From assembly GCA_965228855.1 (NCBI GenBank), contig CBDDIJ010000002.1, positions 1,536,001 to 1,600,000 on the forward strand: a DNA stretch of 64,000 bases, read 5' to 3'. This DNA is from Candidatus Obscuribacterales bacterium. GTDB taxonomy: Bacteria > Cyanobacteriota > Vampirovibrionia > Obscuribacterales > Obscuribacteraceae. The position numbers were made by a program, and so were the translations under genes. The notes beneath the pieces were generated by a model. That model made no database searches and had not been told where the DNA came from. It worked only from the letters and a program-made list of their open reading frames with translations. Shown here piece after piece: positions 41,401-49,957 of the stretch (the stretch's first letter is position 1; every line of letters starts with the position of its first letter).

Positions 41401-42885
41401 GGCGGCGGATTTGAAGTGCCGCTTCGTGGCGTTCGAAATGCGCTTGGTGATCTCGGGCAAAAGTTTATAGAGAAGATCTCACGCACTCTTGGCGAGGTGA
41501 AGGGTGGTGCTGCGAAGAGTCAACCGGTCAAGCTCGTTTATGGATTAGAACTCGCCAGGGTACTGACCTCGGCGTTGAAAGCCGGCGCGCAAAGAGCGGA
41601 CGTTTTAGGTGGTAATCCTCAACCGCCGAAAGGTGATGCGCCGCAACGTCGACCTGTCGTTGATGCGCCACAGCGAGACCCAGCCGTTGATGCGCCACAA
41701 CGTCGACCTATCGATGATACACCACAGCGAGGACCTGCCGGTGATGCACCACAGCGTCGAGCTGTCGGTGACGGTGCGCGTGAACGTCGACCGCTCATTG
41801 ACGCATCTAGCCGCGCGGAGATGCAGTTGAACGCTGCGAATACTCTCACCGTCACTCGGCTGGTTCCGAAGGGTGTGCGTGAAATTCCAGTTTCAGACAG
41901 GGCTATAGATAAGATCAAGTTGACGTCACGTTTGGAAACTCCGACAGTTAGAGCGACTGCCTTACACCGTCTGGAAGCAGCGGCAATTAACGCAAAGACT
42001 GTTCCGGTCATCGATCGTGCGCACCGAGCAGTCGAGATTCGAACCCAAGCGCCGCCCACTGAGGCTCGCCTTCAAAATCCGCTTGAAACCAGGGCGGCGC
42101 CGGCTATTGAAGCCCACACTGTGCGAGTCGAGCAGTCGGAGTTTCGCCCTGTGACTGGACGTCCTGATACCGCAGATGGTGCCGCGAAAGGTTTCAACCG
42201 GCTTCAACCGCAAGTAAACGAGCAAGCCTCTGAAAAGCCGAAGGTTAAAGATGCGAGACCCCGACGGCGTGAGGGTGAGCCTGAGGACGGACGACACAAG
42301 GGCGAGGCGCCGAGGCACATTAGGGATGTGTTCCTCAAATTCAATATCTCGATTCCAAAGCGTTCTTTCCATCCGGCTATTACTGATTCAGGGAGTTATG
42401 TCGCGTTAGATGATGTTAGTTCACAGCGTTTGAATACATTTATCAGTTCTGGTACACACAAGGCTCTGAAGTCTGAGACCGAATTCGAGCGAAGAAGTAA
42501 TCGTTCTGGCTGGTTGGCAGATGCGACCGCTGACCAGGAGACCGGCAAAAGTGACGGGACCGAAAATAATGCGGACGCGACAGGCCAAGCTGCCAACGTC
42601 AAGTCTCAGGACGAAAAGCAGCTGGCTAAAAACGTTCAAGCTGGCACCGCAGGCGATACCGCACGAAAAGTTTATATTGTGCAGGCTGGCGACACGGCTG
42701 AATCTATCGCGCTTGTTCAGCTGCACGATCAGCGGCTCGCCTCTTTGATTGAATCGGTGAATGAGCCTTTGCTGCAAACAGTTTTTGACACTCAAAAGAA
42801 CCTCCATGTTAAGGTTTTGCCGCTTGGAGCAATGATCCTCTTACCAAATAGTCGCGATATCAACGCTTTCCGGGAGCGTACCTGA
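38461..42885 (+). CDS. giant low-complexity protein with a C-terminal LysM-like domain
   Basis: 1474-aa ORF rich in G/P/S/K/A; C-terminal YIVQAGDTAESIA...LI..VN...G..I.LP. Confidence 0.8.
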   Translation: MSKTNPESGDGKRSGTGATPAASDLMELSKMTVRDHVQEAIGAKDVISFPDVPDAKSRKLLTGEKANEAIDRSLANPSETNATKIERGVEHKSDLPSVVGSRNEPLSPALSAFQKEPLGDQGGSRVSDKPEGVNATPTAAQEGLRQGIQTSNSAGSAVLPSGNLKNQEQTIESSDVAKAPANRLTGNTSGEPLQPVANGGSLFSGSSGPSLEGVLEDGGTTPGAMRSRTSSETGERPQAEVGRNGAAHDIREPSKIGAQSGERRDQVSDRISETATKPKSAADASAQLEGSGGPSVVPKIDSPSLKPDVHAPLTPENNKAPQPSNPQGKADTPQVPAGKIPQTITPGRDEGTQSDGVKQPGRVHLSTAADAVPPAIVIDGKRNEVQSPAVKPGVTGGAKAEIPTSKVQTGATKPNAPGNKGDAGNPPGKPTGDARTIRGQTPSSTGNSEFDPRQGKPRAVKQTDGREPGTEKPPKSPSSIEPPAKVPGARTNATDIGQTLIASGKTDSKQPAAESSVKTVSGIKSGGGQSDASTPVGQKSRGDEGKRGLIDGQKAQVNDGGSRGVINGQKPHGIEGGGRVSSDGPKSQATDGGKRGLVNAEHQPAGKFGPLDAAPAGIRRGLAGTKPANSPTEVNAEKGFVSNGLRGTSEAGVGGKRGSTGFGLGGAKRADGGINQEVKQGSPRIGDASSGRRPQMEGARIDVGSVRAEGQTGRAARAEAVSGHSNSGRAHGVDSPRTEAKIDPGKVGSALGEIIKTNVTGVKYGANEGAKAGTGEGLKGGAASSKGSGARETVNSGKSESAEGGKAPSPKGDKAQSPRGDKAQSPKGDKAQSPTGDKAQSPKSDPADFVKNPAAESVRPGLINAGKQGQRVPPERTVVGGVVDASTPKTPGEGPTRRVSADGTTKKGPAEVPSKKGPFELAPGSLEPKPNLTVRPKPPAALPQAENPHGIVRGDKFTAKPLSPTKQPLEPGKPLATKGEGGGFEVPLRGVRNALGDLGQKFIEKISRTLGEVKGGAAKSQPVKLVYGLELARVLTSALKAGAQRADVLGGNPQPPKGDAPQRRPVVDAPQRDPAVDAPQRRPIDDTPQRGPAGDAPQRRAVGDGARERRPLIDASSRAEMQLNAANTLTVTRLVPKGVREIPVSDRAIDKIKLTSRLETPTVRATALHRLEAAAINAKTVPVIDRAHRAVEIRTQAPPTEARLQNPLETRAAPAIEAHTVRVEQSEFRPVTGRPDTADGAAKGFNRLQPQVNEQASEKPKVKDARPRRREGEPEDGRHKGEAPRHIRDVFLKFNISIPKRSFHPAITDSGSYVALDDVSSQRLNTFISSGTHKALKSETEFERRSNRSGWLADATADQETGKSDGTENNADATGQAANVKSQDEKQLAKNVQAGTAGDTARKVYIVQAGDTAESIALVQLHDQRLASLIESVNEPLLQTVFDTQKNLHVKVLPLGAMILLPNSRDINAFRERT
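40876..40995 (+). repeat. coding tandem repeat, 24 bp x5 (KAQSPKGD)
   Basis: AAAGCCCAATCGCCGAAGGGCGAC-like copies. Confidence 0.9.
41635..41772 (+). repeat. coding tandem repeat, 27 bp x5 (DAPQRRPxx)
   Basis: GATGCGCCACAACGTCGACCT-like copies. Confidence 0.85.
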
Positions 42886-43047
42886 GTTTTGTCCGATGTT
42901 GTCGCACTGGCTCTTCTAGCACTTGTAAGTGCCTGATCCTAGAAGTGTTAGAGTTCGTGTCCTCTCAAATCATGCTCAATCGGAATAGTTCGCCAGAAAT
43001 CATTCCGTTCGGGACTATTCACTCCCTAACGTCTCAAAAGAGCATCC

Positions 43048-43160
43048 AAAGGATCACCCTAAACAACTACCGACGTAAAAAGGACTTTCTCAAAGGTCAT
43101 CTAAACAACTACCAACGTAAAAGGACCTTCTGAAAGGTCATCTAAGCAACTACCAACGTA
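43048..43160. repeat. intergenic tandem repeat, about 41-44 bp x about 2.7
   Basis: AAAGGTCATCTAAACAACTACCAACGTAAAAGGACCTTCTG-like units at 43048, 43092 and 43133. Confidence 0.85.
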
Positions 43161-43237
43161 TCAAAGGGCATCGTGGGATCGCCAAATGACTCTTTCGGGC
43201 TATGGCCAACCAGGTGCTTCGTGGAGAACCTTCATTC

Positions 43238-43864
43238 TTAGCGGAAAGTTCCATTTCTGTTCTGGTAAATATCCCGTGGCGGCGGTCCCGAGGTTTCCGA
43301 GCTAACATCAATGTTCTGTTGCAGACCTTCAGGATGTTCGATATTGCGAGCGGCTCTGTACGACAATCTTGCGGGGCGTCCTACTCCTGGGACTTGCCCA
43401 ATGAAGGGCACCGAATTCAGATTCATGAAGGGACCGACTTCGTATGTCGCGACTGCTTCGTATGCGTACAGGTGCTCATCAGGGTTTACTGCCCCGGATA
43501 TAAATGGAGTGTTCGGTCCGAACCTCTGCGATACGTTAGTGCTGATGTTGGTGTCGACAACGAACAAATCAACGCCGGAATTATTGAAACCCCCGACGGG
43601 CACCAGGTTTGCGAAGGCGCCAAAACCGCCACCCCAAAGGTCATACGCAGCGGCTTCCGAACTGATGAGCGCGTCTCCGAACGTCGCTGAGTCTCCAGCT
43701 TTCGACGCACACTGCTTTGCAATTAGATAAACAGTCGCCGCTCCCGTGCCGATTGCGATGAGGTTGATTAGCGGGAAGAGTATGATGAAAAAGAAGACGA
43801 AGAGGGCTGGACCGAATTCAGCGATTGAGGCGCCAATGCTTGGACGTTGTCTGCGCTTTGCCAT
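43238..43864 (-). CDS. TadE-like pseudopilin
   Basis: Basic leader, G|ASIAE (Glu at +5) prepilin motif, hydrophobic helix. Confidence 0.75.
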   Translation of the reverse strand: MAKRRQRPSIGASIAEFGPALFVFFFIILFPLINLIAIGTGAATVYLIAKQCASKAGDSATFGDALISSEAAAYDLWGGGFGAFANLVPVGGFNNSGVDLFVVDTNISTNVSQRFGPNTPFISGAVNPDEHLYAYEAVATYEVGPFMNLNSVPFIGQVPGVGRPARLSYRAARNIEHPEGLQQNIDVSSETSGPPPRDIYQNRNGTFR

Positions 43865-43999
43865 CGTTCCGCCTCAAACTATTCCTACTCCTAACTCACA
43901 TACCCGTGCAACCTACTTTCTCCCGCTTGCAAAGTTAAAAATGCGCGCAGCTGTGCGCTTTTGTAGTCTACATAACAGGATCTGGGATGCAGCCGGCGC

Positions 44000-46786
44000 T
44001 TACTCCAGGCGTCTCACCCGCGCAATCAAGTCCTTGTCGTCTTTCATTCGCAGGCCGACTTGAAACGCCAATTCTTTAGTCAATCGCTTCTGCTCTGCAG
44101 TAGTTGGTTTCGATTTCTCAATCGCCTCGACAGCATCTTCAAAGGTCGCCTCACCTGCATCGGTTTTGCCACTATCGAATTCAAACTGCCCGCGCCTGAT
44201 TGCCACCTCGATCCAGTCCCAGCTACCTTCTCCACTGGTTTTTGTCGCCACTGATTCCGCTTTTGCAAGAAACTGTTCCGCGCGCTCTTTCTCATGATGG
44301 TTACGTGCCAGGTCGAATAAATGCAGGTAGTCGTGTAACACGCGCGGGCTGTTTGCTCCATGCTTCGACTCGTCGATCTTCAACTTCATCTCGCCAAGCC
44401 GCATGGACTCGTCGATTGGAACTCCGCGCTTGTCCGCGCATTCTGCCAATCGCGACATGCACAAATCCATCGTAGGCGTGTGCTGAAATCCGAAGTGCAT
44501 TCCGGTTGCAAGAGCTCTTCTGTAAAGTGGTTCTGCGCCTGCGTAATCGCCGCGGGCGAATTTGCATTCTGCTAAACCTTTCAATGTTTCTAGCCAGAAT
44601 AAACTCTTCCGCTGGTGCATCGGCTGGTATAAATCGTGCGCCCGTTGAAAGTTTTCCTGCGCCCCGTCAAGGTCTCCATCGTTCATCTGAATGGTGGCAA
44701 GCAGGGCATAGCAGTTGGCCTGTTCTTCAGGCTCTTGTGTTTCCAAATTTTCGTATATGCGAATTGCCTCGCCAACAGCGGTTTTTGCCGCCTTGGAATC
44801 TTTTTTTGCATATTGATAAAACTCAGCGAGACGAAATCGCGCGTATGCAATCTTTGGATTATTGACCGAATAGTTTGAATGACCTTTGATCGAGGCGTTG
44901 CGTGATGCAGAAATACACTCCTTGAACGTCTTCTCCGCTTCGTTCAATTGACCGAGCTTCTCTTGGGATTGACCCACCCAGCTCAGAGTGGAGACGTAAG
45001 AATCGATATGAGTTGGATCTTTTGAGGCCAATTCCTTTTTGAACGCCGCCGATTTCTTGAAACCATCAAGAGCGCTCTGGTACTCCCCGCGAAAGAACTT
45101 CGTCGATGCCGCCGCATGCAGCGCACGAGCATAACCTAAACCGCGATCTCCAGGGCGAGACGTCTCGTAAGTGGAGATTACTTTCTGCCAGACGTTATCG
45201 GCGATTGCGCGAGTTTCTGCACTGGGATTCACGAGCAAATTAGCTTTGTCGATCATCTCGTTAGTGATTTCATCGAGCTTTGGGACGGACTTCGGTGAGG
45301 ATTCCTTCGCGACCGAAATGAATTGTTCTAGCAGTTCGTTTAAACCAGCTGAAATTGTTTCGTCCCGTTCCTTTTCGATCTTTGCGAAACGCTCGGCGTA
45401 GGGACCCGAATCCAGGTTTCCTTGCGCGATTTGAACGTCGACCAGTTCTCGGAGCACTGGCAGAACCTTCGCGTTATCCAATCCCGCTTTCTGTAATGCT
45501 TGCTCGAAGTGCTGCGTTGCGCCGCGGTAGTCGCCCTTGTCAAAACTATCTTGTCCTTTGACGAACAGTTGGTCCCAGGATAGCGATTGAACTGCATACA
45601 CATTGTTGTAATAGTAAACGCCACCGCCAACGGTGCCTACCAAGAGAGCTATCGCAGCGATTCTTAGAGTCAGTGTTTTTGCGGTAAGCTTTCCCTGCGC
45701 TCCAAAGCGACGTTTTGCAAACTCGACATCGTCCGAAACTTTTCCGAGCCAACTGCGTTCTGTTTTGGAACTCAATCGCGCCAAATCGTTTCGCAATTGC
45801 GTCATTGTTTGATATCGATCTTTTGGATCCTTCGCCATCGCCTTGAGAATGATTGCGTCAAATTCTCGCGCGTGTTCGAAATCTCCGCGCAAAACCTTCA
45901 CGCTCTGCGGCATCTCTGTGGTGTGTTTGAAAAATGTGTCGAATGCGTTGGCGCCTTCAAGCGGTGGTTTGCCGGTGAGCGCCTCGTAAATCAAACATCC
46001 CATGGAGTAGACGTCGGATCGTTGATCGACCGGTTTGCCCATGCACTGCTCGGGGCTCATGTAGAGCGGGCTTCCGAAGACCTCTCCCGTCTGAGTCAGC
46101 TTCATTTTAGCGTCGCCCTCTTGAGGCAAGATCTTGGCGATGCCGAAGTCGAGCACCTTTACGGTCTCGTGACCATCCGCAGTTTTGACAAGCATGATAT
46201 TGCTCGGCTTCAAGTCTCGGTGAATCACACCCTTTGCATGCGCGTGCTGGAGCCCATCGCACGCTTGTGTGAATATGTCGATGGCGCGTTCCGGCGCGAG
46301 TGGACCGTCTTGCATAATTGCGTCGGACAGGGAAATTCCGTCGACCAGGTCCATTATCAGGAACGACGTTCCATCCTTGCCCGCTTTGAAGTCGTGAACC
46401 TTGACGATGTTTATGTGGTCGAGTCTGCCCACTGCTTGCGCTTCTTGTCTAAACCGCAACATTGCGTTGTCGTCCGCAAGCAAGTGCGAGTGCATCACTT
46501 TAACCGCGACTTCTCGATTTATACTTTCTTGCACACCTCTATAAACCGAGCTCATCCCCCCTGAACCAATCATAGAGCGAATCTTGACCGTGTCTGCAAC
46601 GGTTGTTCCGACCAGAGACTGCCCGTTCTCTATTGGCATGATTCCATGCACCGTGGGTGATACCAGCGAGCTGTCTTCCTGGTCCTCGTGTGTGACGAAG
46701 CGCACCACAGTTTCATCCAGTTCGCAAAACTCTTGCGCGACTGGATTGAGCGGCGTTGCTTTTTTGAGTTCGATGTCGTCTGCCAT
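44000..46786 (-). CDS. transmembrane Ser/Thr kinase with TPR-like C-terminal region
   Basis: IGSGGMSSVY, VAVK, HRDLKPSN, DFG, YMSPEQ; TM; TPR motifs (GDYAGAEPLYRRAL). Confidence 0.93.
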   Translation of the reverse strand: MADDIELKKATPLNPVAQEFCELDETVVRFVTHEDQEDSSLVSPTVHGIMPIENGQSLVGTTVADTVKIRSMIGSGGMSSVYRGVQESINREVAVKVMHSHLLADDNAMLRFRQEAQAVGRLDHINIVKVHDFKAGKDGTSFLIMDLVDGISLSDAIMQDGPLAPERAIDIFTQACDGLQHAHAKGVIHRDLKPSNIMLVKTADGHETVKVLDFGIAKILPQEGDAKMKLTQTGEVFGSPLYMSPEQCMGKPVDQRSDVYSMGCLIYEALTGKPPLEGANAFDTFFKHTTEMPQSVKVLRGDFEHAREFDAIILKAMAKDPKDRYQTMTQLRNDLARLSSKTERSWLGKVSDDVEFAKRRFGAQGKLTAKTLTLRIAAIALLVGTVGGGVYYYNNVYAVQSLSWDQLFVKGQDSFDKGDYRGATQHFEQALQKAGLDNAKVLPVLRELVDVQIAQGNLDSGPYAERFAKIEKERDETISAGLNELLEQFISVAKESSPKSVPKLDEITNEMIDKANLLVNPSAETRAIADNVWQKVISTYETSRPGDRGLGYARALHAAASTKFFRGEYQSALDGFKKSAAFKKELASKDPTHIDSYVSTLSWVGQSQEKLGQLNEAEKTFKECISASRNASIKGHSNYSVNNPKIAYARFRLAEFYQYAKKDSKAAKTAVGEAIRIYENLETQEPEEQANCYALLATIQMNDGDLDGAQENFQRAHDLYQPMHQRKSLFWLETLKGLAECKFARGDYAGAEPLYRRALATGMHFGFQHTPTMDLCMSRLAECADKRGVPIDESMRLGEMKLKIDESKHGANSPRVLHDYLHLFDLARNHHEKERAEQFLAKAESVATKTSGEGSWDWIEVAIRRGQFEFDSGKTDAGEATFEDAVEAIEKSKPTTAEQKRLTKELAFQVGLRMKDDKDLIARVRRLE

Positions 46787-46858
46787 TATGCTCGAACTTA
46801 AGGGCGGTCCTTAACAATATGCCCGGAGCACCTCGCTCGAATCAATTTCAGGCGGCGA

Positions 46859-49348
46859 TTACATTGTGCCGGGAGTGTCCGGAGCGGTTATAGCCGGGCG
46901 CAGGATGTCGTCTAGCGGTTGGGGTTGCTCGACTGACGGTGCTACGGGCACATCAACTGATGCGTCGCTGCTTTGTTCTGCTGGCGGAGTGTCCATTCCG
47001 TTGTCGTTTCGGCTGATAGGCGGTGCGACTGGCGGTGCGGAATTGTCCGCGGGGGCGTTCCATCCGTCGGCTGCAGCGTTGCGGAAGTCGGGTGCAGTGG
47101 TGATGCCGCCGTCGTTTGTGACGGGGGCGCCAGCGCTGTTTCCGCTCGCGCCTACAGTGTTGTTATCACTGTATCCATTAGCACCGGCACTGTTACCGCC
47201 GCCGTACTCGGTCACGCCGTTATTTGTGGTCGGAGATCCACTATCCGAGCCGTAATTCGAGGTGGTTGTGGACTCGTAGTCATGATTGGTCTGAGTAGAG
47301 CCTGCTCCACCAGTCGCGCTGCCAGCGCTTTGTGTTGCACTTCCAACTTCACCGCCGCCAAGCGGGTTGCGCAGTCCGGCAATAATTGAGCGCGCTTGCT
47401 CGTTGTAGGTTCCGCGCGGATCGAGTTGGATGTATTTGTCGAAATCCTGAAGCGCCTCTGTGGGCTGGTTCTCAGCTTGATGCAGCAAACCCATTGCATA
47501 GTAGGCGTTGGCGTAGCTGGGGTTGGCGCGCAAAGCCGCTCTGTAAGCCTCGATTGCGGCAGTATTGTCGTTGAGTTTGGTCAAGACCAGTCCGAGATTG
47601 TAGTGCGCAAGCGCATCTGCAGGGTTAATCTCAATTGCCTTTCGATATTCGGTTGCCGCGCCTTCCATGTTATTCAAGGACAGGTAGATGTTTCCGAGGT
47701 TGATATGCGCCTGGGCGAAATCCGGTTTGATTTCCAGGGCTTTCTTAAACTGTGACATCGCGCTCGACAGCTCGTTTTTGCGCTGTAACGCCAAGCCAAG
47801 GTCGTTGTACGCCTCGTGAGACTGAGGATTGATGCGGATTATAGTCTGATACACATGGAGTGCATCTTCCATTTTGTTCTGCGATTCCTGGTTTGCTGCA
47901 AGCATTGCCAGCAGTTTCGTATCTTCGGGCGTTCTCTCAAGCATGCGCTTGAGCAGAATCTCTGATTGGTCGGGTTTTCCGGTCGCCTCAAACAAATTCG
48001 CAAGCGCCATCAAGGTGTTACGGTCGAACGGCGAAAGATTAAGTGCCGATTCAAGCGCAGACTGCGCTCCGACGTAATCCTTCAGCTTTAACAGCGCAGT
48101 ACCTAGCTCTTGGAACGCAGACGCGTCGGTCGGTTCCGCGCTCAAACCTTGACGATAATAGCTGACAGCCTCGCGCAGTTGCCCGCGCAGAACCAGGTTG
48201 CGACCGAGGTTTATCAAAGATTGCCCATCATTAGGATTGATTTTCAGAACTTCTTTGAACTCGCGGTCCGAGGCCACGAGGTCTTTCTGGCGCTGTTTGA
48301 TAATACCGAGGTTGTAGTGAGCGTCGACGTTGTTCGGCGCGATACGCAGAACGTGCTCGAATTGCGTGGAGGCTTTGTCGATATCACCGGTCAATTGAAG
48401 CAGATAGCCGAGACTGTAACCGGCGTCCACGTCCTGAGGGTCGATTTTCTGGGACTGTTCGTATTCGGTGATAGCGCCCTGGTAGTCTTTGGTTTTCGTG
48501 AGAACATCGCCTAATTGCGCGTGCCACGCTGCATTTCCGGATTTTAAACCGATTGCTGTTCGCAGTTCGTTGGCAGACTGATCGAATTTGTTCTGCATCC
48601 CGTAAGCGGTTGCGAGCAGTGCGTGTGTTTCAGGAACACTCTTGTCAAGTTCGACTGCGCGCTGAAACGCCACTGTCGCACCATTTACATCCTTCAAATG
48701 CAATAAACAGTTGGCAAGGTTGAACTGTATGGAGTAATTATTGGGCTCGTACACCAATATCTTCTTATATTCTTCAACGGCTTCGCGATATGCGCCTTTG
48801 TCTTGAAACGCGGCACCCAGGTGGGAGCGAGCTTTGAGATGGTCCGGATAGGCTGCCAGTACCTGTCGAAGCTGTTTAATCGCCTCATCCTGGTGACCTG
48901 CTACACGCAAAGCGATGCCAAGGTTCAGTCTTAAAAGTGGAACATCCGGCTTCAGCGTAATTGCTGTGCTGTATTCGTGAATTGCGCCATCGATGTCGCC
49001 GATGCTTTGCAGAAGCGTGCCAAGTGTTTCATGAGCGAAAGCGTCCGATGGTCGAAGTGCAAGCGCTCTGCGGTATTCGGCGATTGCATCCTCTATATCC
49101 CCGTGCTGATGCAATGCTGCTGCAAGGCTGAGGTGAACTAGCGGATCGCGAGGAGCGCTAAGGGCTACCTGTTTGAACGCCCGAAGGGCTCGGTCCAGGT
49201 CACCGGCCTTGAAATAAGTGACGCCTTCGTTGTATCGACCGATCAAATCCGGTGACAGCAACGGATTATCAGCATTTGCGGGTGTCGCCGACAACACTGC
49301 AACTGCTAGAGCCGCGAGATACGTACGTCTCAACACTTTTCCTCTCAA
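46859..49348 (-). CDS. secreted long TPR-repeat protein with disordered tail
   Basis: Signal peptide, about 18 canonical 34-aa TPRs (AHYNLG, AYNDLG), G/S/N/P-rich C-terminus. Confidence 0.92.
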   Translation of the reverse strand: MRGKVLRRTYLAALAVAVLSATPANADNPLLSPDLIGRYNEGVTYFKAGDLDRALRAFKQVALSAPRDPLVHLSLAAALHQHGDIEDAIAEYRRALALRPSDAFAHETLGTLLQSIGDIDGAIHEYSTAITLKPDVPLLRLNLGIALRVAGHQDEAIKQLRQVLAAYPDHLKARSHLGAAFQDKGAYREAVEEYKKILVYEPNNYSIQFNLANCLLHLKDVNGATVAFQRAVELDKSVPETHALLATAYGMQNKFDQSANELRTAIGLKSGNAAWHAQLGDVLTKTKDYQGAITEYEQSQKIDPQDVDAGYSLGYLLQLTGDIDKASTQFEHVLRIAPNNVDAHYNLGIIKQRQKDLVASDREFKEVLKINPNDGQSLINLGRNLVLRGQLREAVSYYRQGLSAEPTDASAFQELGTALLKLKDYVGAQSALESALNLSPFDRNTLMALANLFEATGKPDQSEILLKRMLERTPEDTKLLAMLAANQESQNKMEDALHVYQTIIRINPQSHEAYNDLGLALQRKNELSSAMSQFKKALEIKPDFAQAHINLGNIYLSLNNMEGAATEYRKAIEINPADALAHYNLGLVLTKLNDNTAAIEAYRAALRANPSYANAYYAMGLLHQAENQPTEALQDFDKYIQLDPRGTYNEQARSIIAGLRNPLGGGEVGSATQSAGSATGGAGSTQTNHDYESTTTSNYGSDSGSPTTNNGVTEYGGGNSAGANGYSDNNTVGASGNSAGAPVTNDGGITTAPDFRNAAADGWNAPADNSAPPVAPPISRNDNGMDTPPAEQSSDASVDVPVAPSVEQPQPLDDILRPAITAPDTPGTM

Positions 49349-49957
49349 TCTTCCCGGGGTTTTTGCCGGCTAAGCCGGGCGCTACTCATGAAAACTCGCC
49401 TAATTATGCCTGATGACAGGCGAAGAATGAAGGATGTTCCGAGGTGAATCCATTAATATGATTGGCGGCCGTTTCGCCGAAGATTATGTAAAAAGTCTCG
49501 CAAGGCACATGCAATGAGCATAATGGCTGTATACGTAAGCCCCTGATGGTCTTACCGCCCAGACAATAACTTTCTCTTAGACACTATGGCTAAAATCCAG
49601 GGGTGTTTTTTAGACAATGTGGACATTGTGTCGAACAGCCCACTGCGTGTACATTAGAAGTATAGAAGGTAACTAGTAACACCTCAGTGACATTATCACT
49701 GGTGTCACTGCGACATCAGAGTTAACTTCTCCTTTCCCTCCAAAAGAGGCATTCTGTCTGGTTATGGATATCGACATCTCCAATTTTAAAGGCACTCCCT
49801 TTATATAGCGTCGCCAGATTTCACCTCGCGGGCGTCAGCCCAGGTAGCAACCAGGAATCTATATAAGTCTTATACGAAGCTGTTTCGCACGGTTCCGCTG
49901 AACTGTTCGCGCGTTCACAGCTGACGTTCGACACATCTGTCGAACATATCAAAGGAA

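Noticed and set aside
40542..41486. 314-aa antisense ORF and the many other shadow ORFs (e.g. 33237-33971, 34035-34808, 45797-46564)
   Set aside because: They overlap well-supported genes on the opposite strand and carry no motifs; expected from codon bias
43048..43160. 41-bp array as a mini-CRISPR
   Set aside because: The sequence between hairpins is conserved rather than unique; no cas genes
49405..49428. Hammerhead ribozyme (CTGATGA...CGAA)
   Set aside because: No stem II or GAAA core; it is a simple GCCTG-ATGA-CAGGC hairpin
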